From positions 12,336-76,335 of the forward strand of contig CBFHWU010000002.1 in NCBI GenBank assembly GCA_965659665.1: DNA of 64,000 nucleotides. The letters are read 5' to 3'. Positions 43,559 through 52,776 of this stretch are shown here, in pieces. Position 1 is the first letter of the stretch. Every line of letters begins with the position of its first letter. This DNA is from Flavobacteriaceae bacterium. Its GTDB lineage: Bacteria; Bacteroidota; Bacteroidia; Flavobacteriales; Flavobacteriaceae. The notes under the pieces were generated by a model. The model made no database searches, was not told where the DNA came from, and saw nothing but the letters and a program-made list of their open reading frames with translations. The position numbers and the translations under genes were made by a program.

Positions 43559-44407
43559 TTAAATATCAATTTGTACAAGACTTCTGTGATACCGCATCAC
43601 CACATTAGGATCGGGAAAGAGTGTTACGCCTGAAGCTCCTTTTCCTTCGTAATCAAACAAGGATAATACATATCTCATGCTTTCTAATCTAGCTTGTTTT
43701 TTACTATTTGTTTTTATGATAATCCATGGACTAAAATTGGTGTGGGTTTTACTAAACATTTGTTCTTTGTAGTGGGTGTATTGATCCCACATTTCTTGTC
43801 CTTTCATATCGACAGGACTAAACTTCCATCGTTTTAAAGGGTTTTTTAGGCGCGCATCAAATCTTTTTTTTTGTTCTTGTTTAGAAACTGAAAACCAAAA
43901 CTTTATCATTTTAAGATGGTCTTCATAAAGTAGGTGTTCAAACTCGGGAACTTGAATCATAAATTTTTCGTATTGTTTTTTGGAACAAAACCCCATTACA
44001 GGTTCTACGACAGCTCTGTTATACCAACTTCGGTCAAAAAATACAATCTCTCCGGGGTTAGGAAGTTTTTTGATGTATCTTCTAAAATACCACTGACCTT
44101 TTTCAACTTCGGTCGGTTTCGTCAGTGCTACTACCCTTGACGTTCGAGGATTAAGATGTTCTTTAAATCGTTTTATGGATCCTCCTTTGCCTGACGCATC
44201 CCTTCCTTCAAATAGAATGGCAACTCTATGATGTTTTTGAGCAATCCATTTTTGAAGGTTTACGAATTCAGATTGTAACTTAGCTAATTCTATTTCATAT
44301 TTAATTTTATTTAATGTTTTAGAAATGGAAATATTGTTTTCTTGAGCTAATTCAATTAAATCTTTTCTTTTTTTTGCTTGCAGTAGGTGGTCAGAATTAA
44401 AGTTCAT
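43559..44407 (-). CDS. ppk2: polyphosphate kinase 2 (single-domain), tandem paralog
   Basis: 282-aa ORF with FEGRDASGKGG and FDRSWYNRAVVEPV, the latter identical to its neighbour. Confidence 0.88.
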   Translation of the reverse strand: MNFNSDHLLQAKKRKDLIELAQENNISISKTLNKIKYEIELAKLQSEFVNLQKWIAQKHHRVAILFEGRDASGKGGSIKRFKEHLNPRTSRVVALTKPTEVEKGQWYFRRYIKKLPNPGEIVFFDRSWYNRAVVEPVMGFCSKKQYEKFMIQVPEFEHLLYEDHLKMIKFWFSVSKQEQKKRFDARLKNPLKRWKFSPVDMKGQEMWDQYTHYKEQMFSKTHTNFSPWIIIKTNSKKQARLESMRYVLSLFDYEGKGASGVTLFPDPNVVMRYHRSLVQIDI

Positions 44408-44565
44408 GAATCTTAATGTTGAATTAAAAATTTAGGACTACTTATTATAAGCTTAAGTAGATAATTTGGCAATATAAATTTAGTGATTTATGTTGAAATC
44501 AACAATAAAACAAATTGTTATTAGTCTTAATTTATATTTTAATTATTAGTGTAAATTTGATAAAA

Positions 44566-45351
44566 CTAGGGGAGATAAATAGATCCTTTTAGGTACAAAA
44601 CAGCTTTCCCTTCAATAAGCACACGTTCATCTTCGATTGAACAAGTCAAAGTTCCTTTTCTGTCGGAGAGTTGATGGGCTACAAAAGTATTTTTATTTAA
44701 TTTTTTTTGCCAGTACGGAATTAAAGAGGCGTGTGTTGAACCTGTAACTGGATCTTCGACTACGGAAGCTTGAGCATCAAAAACTCGCGATACAAAGTCA
44801 ACATGCTTTCCTTTGGCTGTTGGTGCGATACCCAAATAGGGTAATTTTTTCAACACATTAATATCATATTCAATCGTTCTTATTTGTTCTTCATTTTTAA
44901 AGAGCAGAATCAAATCTCTGCTAGCGGCGGCTTCAATAGGCTTGTGGTTAAAGGCAGAAAATGCCAATATGGGGATGTGTATATTTTTTGGAGGACGTGA
45001 AGGAAAATTCAAGATGATACTTTCTTGCTCGGTTTTTTGAGCCTTCAATAGTCCACTTTTTGAATAAAATGATATAACATCTGATTTATAATCAAGATGA
45101 TAAAATAGTACAAAAGCAGCAGCTAAAGTAGCATGACCACATAAATCAATTTCGCCATGAGGCATAAACCAACGAATCTCATACTTTTGCGCTTTTTTAA
45201 CAAAAAAAGCAGTTTCTGATAAATTATTTTCGGCAGCAATAGCTTGCATGGTCTTATCATCTAACCAATAGGGTAGAGGACATACCGCAGCGGGGTTGCC
45301 ACCAAATACTTTCTCGGTGAAAGCATCAATTTGATAGATACTTAGTATCAT
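44566..45351 (-). CDS. PhzF-family isomerase
   Basis: 261-aa ORF with the N-terminus QIDAFTEKVFGGNPAAV and ETAF typical of PhzF/YddE. Confidence 0.82.
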   Translation of the reverse strand: MILSIYQIDAFTEKVFGGNPAAVCPLPYWLDDKTMQAIAAENNLSETAFFVKKAQKYEIRWFMPHGEIDLCGHATLAAAFVLFYHLDYKSDVISFYSKSGLLKAQKTEQESIILNFPSRPPKNIHIPILAFSAFNHKPIEAAASRDLILLFKNEEQIRTIEYDINVLKKLPYLGIAPTAKGKHVDFVSRVFDAQASVVEDPVTGSTHASLIPYWQKKLNKNTFVAHQLSDRKGTLTCSIEDERVLIEGKAVLYLKGSIYLP

Positions 45352-45435
45352 AATTTTTGTTAAGATAAAAAAAAACGATCATTTTGTAAGCTACAATAAA
45401 ACTTCCACACTATGGGGAAATCTTTTAATGTGTAA

Positions 45436-46695
45436 TCAAAAATATTGTCCAATTCCAAAAACGATTCCTCTCGCGGCATTTTTTGAGATACCATACCCAT
45501 AATCAATTCGAAATATAGCATTAAATATTTTTTTGTGAATCAACCGAATACCTATTCCAGGATATATGCGAATATTATCATGTTCGATAAAGTCATCAAA
45601 TTTTCCTCCAGGGTTACGCCAACTACCCGCATCAATAAAAACAGTGCTTTGAACGACAAACCAATCTTTGTCAATTAAAGTATGCCGATACTCTGTATTT
45701 AGCACTATTGATCCCGTTCCACGATCAATGGTATTCCCTACCCCTCTAATATTAATATTGTTGTCCAACGAAAAAGGGGCAAAAGGAGTTGTTGTATTTG
45801 TAGCCAATCCTATTCTAAGACGATTTGCCCAATTACCAAAAAATCCAATACGTTTATAAAAAATAAAATCATTGAATCCGATTAAAAAATCGGAGAAGTT
45901 ATGGAGAGAACTTCCGACAGATTCAATATTGAGGTTACTTTTGAAACCACTCAAATACTGGTAATGGTATTTTACATTGTCGTAATTGTAAATCAGTTTT
46001 ATCAAATGCTTATCAGTATGTAATGATTGTGGCACATCAGATCTTACTCCTCCAAAAAGATATTGGTAGTCTTCGTTAAAAAGATTAAAGCCTAGTTCAA
46101 TTCTATTTTTTAGATCAAATTGATATAAACCCAATACCTCAAATCCAACATTACTGTATTGATATTCGGCGGAGTTGTGTTCAAAAAAAACGGGTTCTTG
46201 AGTAGCAAAATCATAATAACTCAGAGATAGTCCAAGCTTAGGACCCAATAAGTAAGGGGCTCTAAAATGGCATCCAATGGAATTAAAAATATCATGTTGA
46301 TAAAAACTACCTAATGTGATATTACGTCCTAATAAATTGAATTCTTGTATTCCAATTCGAAATGCAAATTCATCATTTGATGAGGTAAAAAGATGTGCAA
46401 AAGGAATAAGTGTAACGTTTTCTTCCACTATAAAAATTACCTTATAGTTTGCCTTTTGGGTCAACAAAACTTGATAATAAGCGTGAGATATCGAAGTAAG
46501 TTTTTTTAAGCGAATTAAATCGTCTTCCAAAACTAATGAGTCCAGTATTTTTTTTGGTTGGGAATAAATCATTTTTTTTAATAATGCGGACTTGGTTCTT
46601 TTATTACCTTGGATCTTGACAACCTCAATTAGAGTATGTTGAGCTGTTCCTAAATAAGTCAATAGAAATAAAATAAATAGACAATATCGCATCAT
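45436..46695 (-). CDS. Omp85/BamA-like outer-membrane protein with a single POTRA-like N-domain
   Basis: 419-aa ORF with a signal peptide, a POTRA-like segment (VKIQGNKRTK), a beta-rich body and a C-terminal ...GIGQYF. Confidence 0.65.
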   Translation of the reverse strand: MMRYCLFILFLLTYLGTAQHTLIEVVKIQGNKRTKSALLKKMIYSQPKKILDSLVLEDDLIRLKKLTSISHAYYQVLLTQKANYKVIFIVEENVTLIPFAHLFTSSNDEFAFRIGIQEFNLLGRNITLGSFYQHDIFNSIGCHFRAPYLLGPKLGLSLSYYDFATQEPVFFEHNSAEYQYSNVGFEVLGLYQFDLKNRIELGFNLFNEDYQYLFGGVRSDVPQSLHTDKHLIKLIYNYDNVKYHYQYLSGFKSNLNIESVGSSLHNFSDFLIGFNDFIFYKRIGFFGNWANRLRIGLATNTTTPFAPFSLDNNINIRGVGNTIDRGTGSIVLNTEYRHTLIDKDWFVVQSTVFIDAGSWRNPGGKFDDFIEHDNIRIYPGIGIRLIHKKIFNAIFRIDYGYGISKNAARGIVFGIGQYF

Positions 46696-46718
46696 TATCC
46701 CTGTACCTTTTTTGCAAT

Positions 46719-47600
46719 TTAAAATACGGCGCGCAATCCGATGTTAAACGTTTGTCCTAATCCTGTATTAGAGCCTCGAACAAAATTGGTATAAAGTATT
46801 TCAATATGTAATGCATCGGTGAGCTGGTATTTTGTTCCTCCTCCTAGCGCCGTATAATTTTGTTCAAAATTGTTTCCAAGAGCTATCCTTTGGAGGTGTT
46901 GAGCCAATGCCAATACGGTAAATTTTGAAGAGGGAAAATAGCTTAAAAAGACGCCAGGAGCGAGATTCAAGCTATTATTAGCAAAGCTTTCAGATGATTT
47001 ACCAAAATTCCATTCTGTATTAAGTTCAGTAAACAATTGCCATGCATTGCCCTGAAAGGTATGATCGTAAAAAAAGCGATTTTGCCATATAAACCCTTTT
47101 TGATCCAAAAACACGCCATTTTCCAATTCATTATCGACCAAAGGAATAAAAAATGAACTTTGAATTGAAAAACTAGCTGTCGACGCAAAAGGAACAAATT
47201 TTATGGAAGGAGCGATGGAAGTAACCCCAGATCGGGCGGAGTTAGTTTGACCATCAAACTTAAAAACGTCTAGGGCATTTCTATCGTTAATCACGTTGGA
47301 ACGTATTTCTAAAATTAGTCCTAGATTTATTCTTTTCTGCTGACCTACTCCACTGTATACCTCAATCGTTGAGGTGAAAAAAGTTTCTCTCGGAATTGTT
47401 TCATCTTCAAAAGTTGACTCCGTTTGGGTGTATAAATTATTAAACCACTTTAAATCCCATTGCCCTTGTCCGACCAGTTTTGATGGGGTATATTGTTGAA
47501 TATTACTTTTTTGTTGGTGAGCATCTGTTTCAACCCCTTGTGAGGTACCTAGAAACACGGTACTAAGAAACAGAAATATTAAAGATAATTGGTGGGTCAT
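46719..47600 (-). CDS. hypothetical outer-membrane beta-barrel protein
   Basis: 293-aa ORF with a signal peptide, an alternating beta-strand pattern and a terminal aromatic (...GLRAVF). Confidence 0.55.
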   Translation of the reverse strand: MTHQLSLIFLFLSTVFLGTSQGVETDAHQQKSNIQQYTPSKLVGQGQWDLKWFNNLYTQTESTFEDETIPRETFFTSTIEVYSGVGQQKRINLGLILEIRSNVINDRNALDVFKFDGQTNSARSGVTSIAPSIKFVPFASTASFSIQSSFFIPLVDNELENGVFLDQKGFIWQNRFFYDHTFQGNAWQLFTELNTEWNFGKSSESFANNSLNLAPGVFLSYFPSSKFTVLALAQHLQRIALGNNFEQNYTALGGGTKYQLTDALHIEILYTNFVRGSNTGLGQTFNIGLRAVF

Positions 47601-47605
47601 AAGAT

Positions 47606-48343
47606 TTAATTTGAGGTTTTTTCATGAAATTCATTTAATGACCAATTGTATTGGTGAAATAAAATTTTTGTTTTTTGAGGCAATTTTAAATTTCTGTATT
47701 GATTTATAAAATCGATCAAACTTTTCCCATTGGAAGTAAAATCGTCGTTATACCATTCAAAAATTTGGGATACTTTAGCTTTGTTTTTGTTGACGCTCAC
47801 AAAATCAGGATGATTAATCGTCAGTTGTGTTTGTCTTGTAAGTTGTTCGTCTAATACATGGGGTTTGTACGCTTGATTGATAATTGGAGGGCAACCTAAT
47901 CCAGCACAAACCAACACAAAATGAAAACGGGGATCGTAGTTAAATTTTTCAAGGAGTAATTGGTGTTCGATTTCATTTAAAGTCACCCATTTTTGTCCAA
48001 TTTCGTGCTTGTCTTCATCAAAAAACCCTGGTTTATCCAAAGGGGAAGATATCGGATAATGGTTTACTATGCTCTTGATAACTAAAAGATTGTATCCGTT
48101 GATCCAAAATGCTTGATAGTAATTGGGATTATGGACAGACACTTCTATACTTTTGGCCATCTTTAATAGAGTAGCTAAGGATTTTTCGTCCTTTTTAATT
48201 GCCAAATAGTTTATTCTTCCGTCTTTCACATAACTTTTAAAAAAGTCATCTACTTTTAAAAAATAAGTATCCAGGTCTTGTGCGTTTACTCCAAACGATA
48301 GAAGTAAACATACAATAATAGGTATTCTGTTTATTTTCATCAT
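47606..48343 (-). CDS. secreted DUF547-family protein
   Basis: A signal peptide begins at MMKINRIPIIVCLLLSFGVNAQ (ATG 48343), with a DUF547-like core (FWINGYN, VCAGLGCPP). This is the last core-like gene before the accessory region. Confidence 0.65.
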   Translation of the reverse strand: MMKINRIPIIVCLLLSFGVNAQDLDTYFLKVDDFFKSYVKDGRINYLAIKKDEKSLATLLKMAKSIEVSVHNPNYYQAFWINGYNLLVIKSIVNHYPISSPLDKPGFFDEDKHEIGQKWVTLNEIEHQLLLEKFNYDPRFHFVLVCAGLGCPPIINQAYKPHVLDEQLTRQTQLTINHPDFVSVNKNKAKVSQIFEWYNDDFTSNGKSLIDFINQYRNLKLPQKTKILFHQYNWSLNEFHEKTSN

Positions 48344-49121
48344 AGGATGTTGTTTGAAAAAAGCCAATTCATACCCCAAAAAAAAAGGAATGCGTAAAAA
48401 CGTTAAGTTGTTGAAAATACATCAGTAGGTTGTTAGATTTTAAAGATAGTTGATTTTTGAAACTACACAAATTTTTTTCTATTATTCCATCCGTTTTGAT
48501 GGGTGATTTAAAGGAATTGAGTCTATTATTTTTTTGTCATCGTCACCATTTTGACATGAGATTAATGCATTTAACATAAAAAAAAAATATTTAATTTTTT
48601 CGTTCCAACAATTTTTTCGTTCATATTTCTCCGTTAGCGAGCATTATATTCCGTCATTCAAATATGTCAAATTACTACTATTTGAGTTTATTTTTTCTAT
48701 GATTGGTCTAAAGTATTATATACACTTACATTCTTTATTAAAGAAGTGGGGTTTTCGAAATTAAAACCAATAAAATCATTAAAACATGATGGAGCTGCTG
48801 AAATAATCTCATCATTTGAAATGCTAAAACAGCCTCCTCTAGGAGGATTACCACTGCCACTTTCCGAAAAATATTTTATTGTTGAACTACAATTATTTGT
48901 TGCAGTAACCCTGCCGTTAAAAGTCCATTTATTTGTTCCTCCTACAACATGTGTAGAATACATAACTTGATTTTGTGATATAGTACGTTGACTAGAAACT
49001 TTTTGCCATCATGTATTAGATAAATTTTGTTTGTTCGCATTTTTAATAGCTACATCATATGCAACGGTCTTGTATAAGAACAGTAGCAGAGTAAATTTGC
49101 TATTACTTTCCGATTGAAAAT

Positions 49122-49175
49122 AAAAATAGCAGAAAAGACGAAACCTTTGGCTTAAAACTCTTTACTGCTATTTTT
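49122..49175 (-). terminator. possible bidirectional hairpin terminator downstream of the T9SS cargo gene
   Basis: An 11-bp perfect stem AAAAATAGCAG / CTGCTATTTTT (49122-49132 with 49165-49175) is flanked by A/T runs. The 32-nt loop is long, so the call is weak. Confidence 0.3.
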
Positions 49176-49206
49176 TTATATACCTTGTTAGCAAACGTTG
49201 TTTTAT

Positions 49207-49908
49207 TTATTCTTTTATGAATTTAATCGTATTTCCATTGACAAATTTTAAAAAATAAAGTCCGTTAGGGAAATTTATAATATCAATTTGTTCATTGTTA
49301 GACATAAATCCTTTTTTAATTTCAACCCCCAAAATATTATAAATTCTATAATTCTCTTTGTTAGTCAATCCAGAAACTTTAATAAATTCACTTGATGGGT
49401 TGGGAAATAATTTAATACTATTCTTTAATTCAAATTCGCTAGTGCTTAGAGCTTGGTTAGTAGAACGCTGATATGTAAATCCACCACCAGCACCACCTGA
49501 TGTCCAAGCAGTTATTTTAGTGTCAATATAAATGTCATCATTTATTAAGTGAAGTACTGCATCAACGTTTATTAGACTTTCAGGATTAGATGAATGAGCA
49601 TTATCCCATGTGTCAAATGTTAATGTGCCTACTCCATCAGCAATAGTACCAATTGCCCACTCTGTATCTATCGGACTAGTATAATTGGCATTGTCAAATA
49701 CAGTTTCTTGTGCAATGTTAAAAATTCCCTTATTATCAGCTCTAGTTAAAATAACGTTGGCTGTAAGAGCGTCTTGATTTGCTGGTAGTGTCCAATCAGC
49801 ATAATCTGCTTTTGTCAATGTAATAGTAGGCCCTGTCCATTCAGTTTGACCATATATCTGATTAAAACTGAAAATAAAAATTGTCACTAAAATGTAAATC
49901 TGTTTCAT
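49207..49908 (-). CDS. secreted protein with a T9SS C-terminal sorting domain
   Basis: A signal peptide begins at ATG 49908 (MKQIYILVTIFIFSFNQIYGQ). The C-terminus has the Por-secretion-tail pattern (KLFPNPSSEFIKV...GLYFLKFVNGNTIKFIKE). The upstream in-frame extension to 50124 runs through palindromic non-coding DNA. Confidence 0.75.
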   Translation of the reverse strand: MKQIYILVTIFIFSFNQIYGQTEWTGPTITLTKADYADWTLPANQDALTANVILTRADNKGIFNIAQETVFDNANYTSPIDTEWAIGTIADGVGTLTFDTWDNAHSSNPESLINVDAVLHLINDDIYIDTKITAWTSGGAGGGFTYQRSTNQALSTSEFELKNSIKLFPNPSSEFIKVSGLTNKENYRIYNILGVEIKKGFMSNNEQIDIINFPNGLYFLKFVNGNTIKFIKE

Positions 49909-49953
49909 TGTGTAAATTTTAATTATTAATATTCTGTTTTTAATGTTTGCTAA

Positions 49954-50141
49954 CGCCCGGCTAAACGCAGTGGGGTTCTGGATGTTGAGTTTTTCGAGTT
50001 TACTCGATAAAACACAACATACAATAAGCACCTTATCAAATTGTGATTTAGCCATTGATGTGGCATCGTTTTCTCTCGATGGGCAGTTAAAGCTGTATGT
50101 TAAATTATAGATCATAGCGAGCAATTTGGTTTAGCGGGGCG
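49954..50141. repeat. long-range 13-nt inverted repeat CGCCCGGCTAAAC / GTTTAGCGGGGCG (one mismatch)
   Basis: Read directly: the arms are 49954-49966 and 50129-50141. The right arm abuts the 82-nt structured repeat. It is flanked by CTAAC (49950-49954) and GTTAG (50226-50230). Confidence 0.6.
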
Positions 50142-50224
50142 ATGTAGCACATTTCCAAAGGGACGGGAGCGCGTCAACGGCGTGCGTAGTAACTTTGGTC
50201 AGCTTTTGCTGAATGTGCTACATC
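50141..50224 (+). repeat. GC-rich self-folding repeat, copy A (candidate att/attC-like site or small structured RNA)
   Basis: GATGTAGCACATT...AATGTGCTACATC closes a three-way-junction fold. It is 77/82 identical to 62749-62830 and far more GC-rich than its surroundings. Confidence 0.7.
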
Positions 50225-50550
50225 GGTTAGTATATGAAAAGCAGCGGGCTTTAAGCACTAACTTTTCGTTTTATAACTGACCTTTATGTTATTATTTATC
50301 TTTCCTTTAAGCACCAAAACCGCTATTTTTTTATATACCGCTTAGGTTTGTCTTTTAATAACTTAGACACTTAAACAGAAAGAATAAAAGAGAGCATTAA
50401 GGTTACTATATACGGTGAAGCTTTAGACTTCGACAATATTGATAATCCTCTTTCTTTTCTACTAAAAATCACGTTCAGTTCTGTGAGACTTTGATCTCGA
50501 TTTCAAGTTGTTGTGAATTGAGTAGATTATTCTTTCAACAATCAATAGTT

Positions 50551-50829
50551 ATGAATAAATATAATGAAACTTTTGGAATAGACATCAGTAAAGATGTTTT
50601 TGATTGTTATGGCAATGTTCAAGGTCATTTGCAATTTAACAATAGTGAAACAGGTTTTAAGAAGTTTCAAGAATTACTATCTAAAGATAGTTTGGTAGTA
50701 ATGGAAGCTACCGGTTATTATCATTACAGATTTGCCCAATTTTTGTATCTGTATTATAGGTTAAGTAGTAAGTTAAATCTAAAAATAATGAACCAAAAAC
50801 GCTTAATTAAAAAATTATGCCTCGCATAA
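50551..50829 (+). mobile_element. IS110-family (DEDD) transposase, N-terminal remnant only
   Basis: MNKYNETFGIDISKDVFDC...LVVMEATGYYHYRFAQFLY matches the IS110 N-terminal RuvC-like domain. Homology ends near 50745 and the ORF runs into unrelated sequence. About 75% of the gene is missing. Confidence 0.75.
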
Positions 50830-50864
50830 TAGTGTCTAAAATTCATTAAGAAAAGAGTTGTTTT

Positions 50865-51626
50865 TTAGCTCAGTTCTTTGTTGGCGATTTTTTTTATTCT
50901 ATTAAATAGTCTTTTTACCTGCAAATCCCCGAAACCGTATATACTCTCTCTTTTATTAAATTCTTTGAATACAGGCCCAAATTCTTCTGTTTTGAGTTCT
51001 TCTATTATCGCTAGCAATGATTTAACTGGTCTGCCTGGATATCCCTTGGTTGGTTTTCGCTCAATATGCGCTTCCACAGAGGGTAAAATAAATGGGTAAA
51101 TGGATTCTAGATCTCGTGCTGTGTTAATTAACTTTTCTAAATCGTCATTTTGATAAGAGACCCAAAGACTCGCAATTTTATTAAGCTTTGTTAGTGTCAA
51201 CTTGTTTTCATAAATGGAAATTAATTCAGACTGATTTAATCCTCCGAAGCCATATTGATTATGTGATTCAGGTCTAATGAGATAAATTGCATTCTTCTGA
51301 TTTCTTTTAGTCAAAAGATTTGCAACGAACCAAAAGTTTACTTGACAAAACAAATCATCCTCAAACCACAAATTAATATCAGAATTGTCATTTATGCTCA
51401 TTATTTTCTGGAACTCAGAAACCACTTTGTCATAATAGCCTTGTTCGGTTTCGCCATAACTCTGACTAAGAAATTTGGCTCTTGAACAAAACAACTCGTC
51501 TAGGTGATTTCCTTTCGCATTCCCATCCACAAAGCATTCTCGAATTACAATAATTTCCCCATCAATGTTTTCAGGGAACTCTTGTTTAAGGGAATCTCCG
51601 TTTAATATGTGGTATTGTTTTTTCAT
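50865..51626 (-). CDS. DUF1835-like protein
   Basis: 253-aa ORF whose N-terminus YHILNGDSLKQEF...IVIRECFVDG resembles DUF1835. There are no other recognisable motifs. Confidence 0.5.
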   Translation of the reverse strand: MKKQYHILNGDSLKQEFPENIDGEIIVIRECFVDGNAKGNHLDELFCSRAKFLSQSYGETEQGYYDKVVSEFQKIMSINDNSDINLWFEDDLFCQVNFWFVANLLTKRNQKNAIYLIRPESHNQYGFGGLNQSELISIYENKLTLTKLNKIASLWVSYQNDDLEKLINTARDLESIYPFILPSVEAHIERKPTKGYPGRPVKSLLAIIEELKTEEFGPVFKEFNKRESIYGFGDLQVKRLFNRIKKIANKELS

Positions 51627-51672
51627 CCTTTAATAATTGCTATCGACGGTTTTTAAAAGCGTAGAGGTGAGG

Positions 51673-52554
51673 TTATGCGCCATTTTCGCTTATACTTTGT
51701 TGTAGGTGGTTTTTTATTAATTTTCGATAATATCTTGTAAGTATCCTTTCAACTTTATTATCAGGAATTTCTTTTGAAATATTCATACCGTTTATCCAAA
51801 TTTTGGTTTTACTGTCTGATATTTTTTCAAGTGCAAATTGAAAATGTGTGAGTGTGTCTGTACCGATTATTATTCTATCAATTTTATAATATGGATAATT
51901 ATTCATCCAATTACTCGTGCTGTCTCTCCAGTAATACTCAAATCTATATCCTTCTTTAATCGGTAAACTGTCCATACTGACTGCATAATTGTTTTTCTTC
52001 AATATTTCTAATAATTCAGACTTACCATATTTTACAGTTTTGGTACATTTAAAGCATTTCAATTCTCCGTCTGAATAGGTGTATTTGTAATAAGCAGGTG
52101 GAGATGTAGCGATAAATATTATAGTAGCCGGAAGAAGTAGAATAACTGGATTTAAGCCTTTTACTTTAATTTTTAGTTTCTCAAATTCATTTATTTTATA
52201 CAAAAAAAAGTAAGAAATAGGTAAAAAACATAAAGCTACTAAATCCGAATAGTCAACTACTCTTGTAATTTTAATTAAAGTGATCTGATTGTAACCATCA
52301 ATAAATGATTGAGAAACTGGTGATTTCCAAAATATAAAGAAGAGACCAGTTAGAATTACATTTGTCTTTTTTGACCTAGGGAAAAGATATGTCAAAACCA
52401 TCGGCAAAATAAGAACTCCAATAAAATCAGATAATTTTCCAGTCAACCAATTGGAATATTCCAGCTTTAAATAATGGTCGTTAGTCAATAGAACTATTAA
52501 TCCTATTATAAAGACCAAATTCTGTAAATAATATTTTCGGTTTTCTCTGTTCAT
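51673..52554 (-). CDS. hypothetical integral membrane protein
   Basis: 293-aa ORF with about 5 predicted TM segments in the N-terminal 150 aa, followed by a soluble C-terminal domain. No family recognised. Confidence 0.55.
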   Translation of the reverse strand: MNRENRKYYLQNLVFIIGLIVLLTNDHYLKLEYSNWLTGKLSDFIGVLILPMVLTYLFPRSKKTNVILTGLFFIFWKSPVSQSFIDGYNQITLIKITRVVDYSDLVALCFLPISYFFLYKINEFEKLKIKVKGLNPVILLLPATIIFIATSPPAYYKYTYSDGELKCFKCTKTVKYGKSELLEILKKNNYAVSMDSLPIKEGYRFEYYWRDSTSNWMNNYPYYKIDRIIIGTDTLTHFQFALEKISDSKTKIWINGMNISKEIPDNKVERILTRYYRKLIKNHLQQSISENGA

Positions 52555-52776
52555 AAATCAAATACATCGTGTTTGTGTATGGTTTGTTGCGTGTTTTAAG
52601 CACCTAATTTAGCAAAAGGAAACCGAATAGAAAATCCGCGAGGATTTCAGAAGTAAGCCAGAACAATGCATAAAAAAAACATTAAATCGAGGAACCATAA
52701 GATTAATCAAACAGTAAATATTTGGTTTTAAGAAAACAGTACTGGAATTTTATAGGAGTGATTTTGCTAAGAAGTA

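Noticed and set aside
49909-50124. 72-codon N-terminal extension of the T9SS cargo gene.
   Set aside because: A canonical signal peptide starts at ATG 49908. The extension reads through the 49954-50141 inverted repeat and has no protein-like features.
50143-50220. Interpretation of the 78-nt core of the structured repeat as a tRNA or tRNA fragment (7-bp terminal stem, cloverleaf-like size).
   Set aside because: The would-be T arm has a 4-nt TTTT loop instead of the 7-nt T-loop, and there is no GG D-loop. The central hairpin loop (TCAACGG / CCAACGG) lacks U33 and a sensible anticodon context.
50143-50224. Small self-cleaving ribozyme (hammerhead-like three-way junction) or group II intron domain V.
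   Set aside because: The junction lacks the CUGAUGA and GAAA hammerhead core (only CUGAAUG is present). The GAGCGCG hairpin is too short and lacks the bulge and GNRA loop of domain V. A proper covariance-model scan is still worth running.
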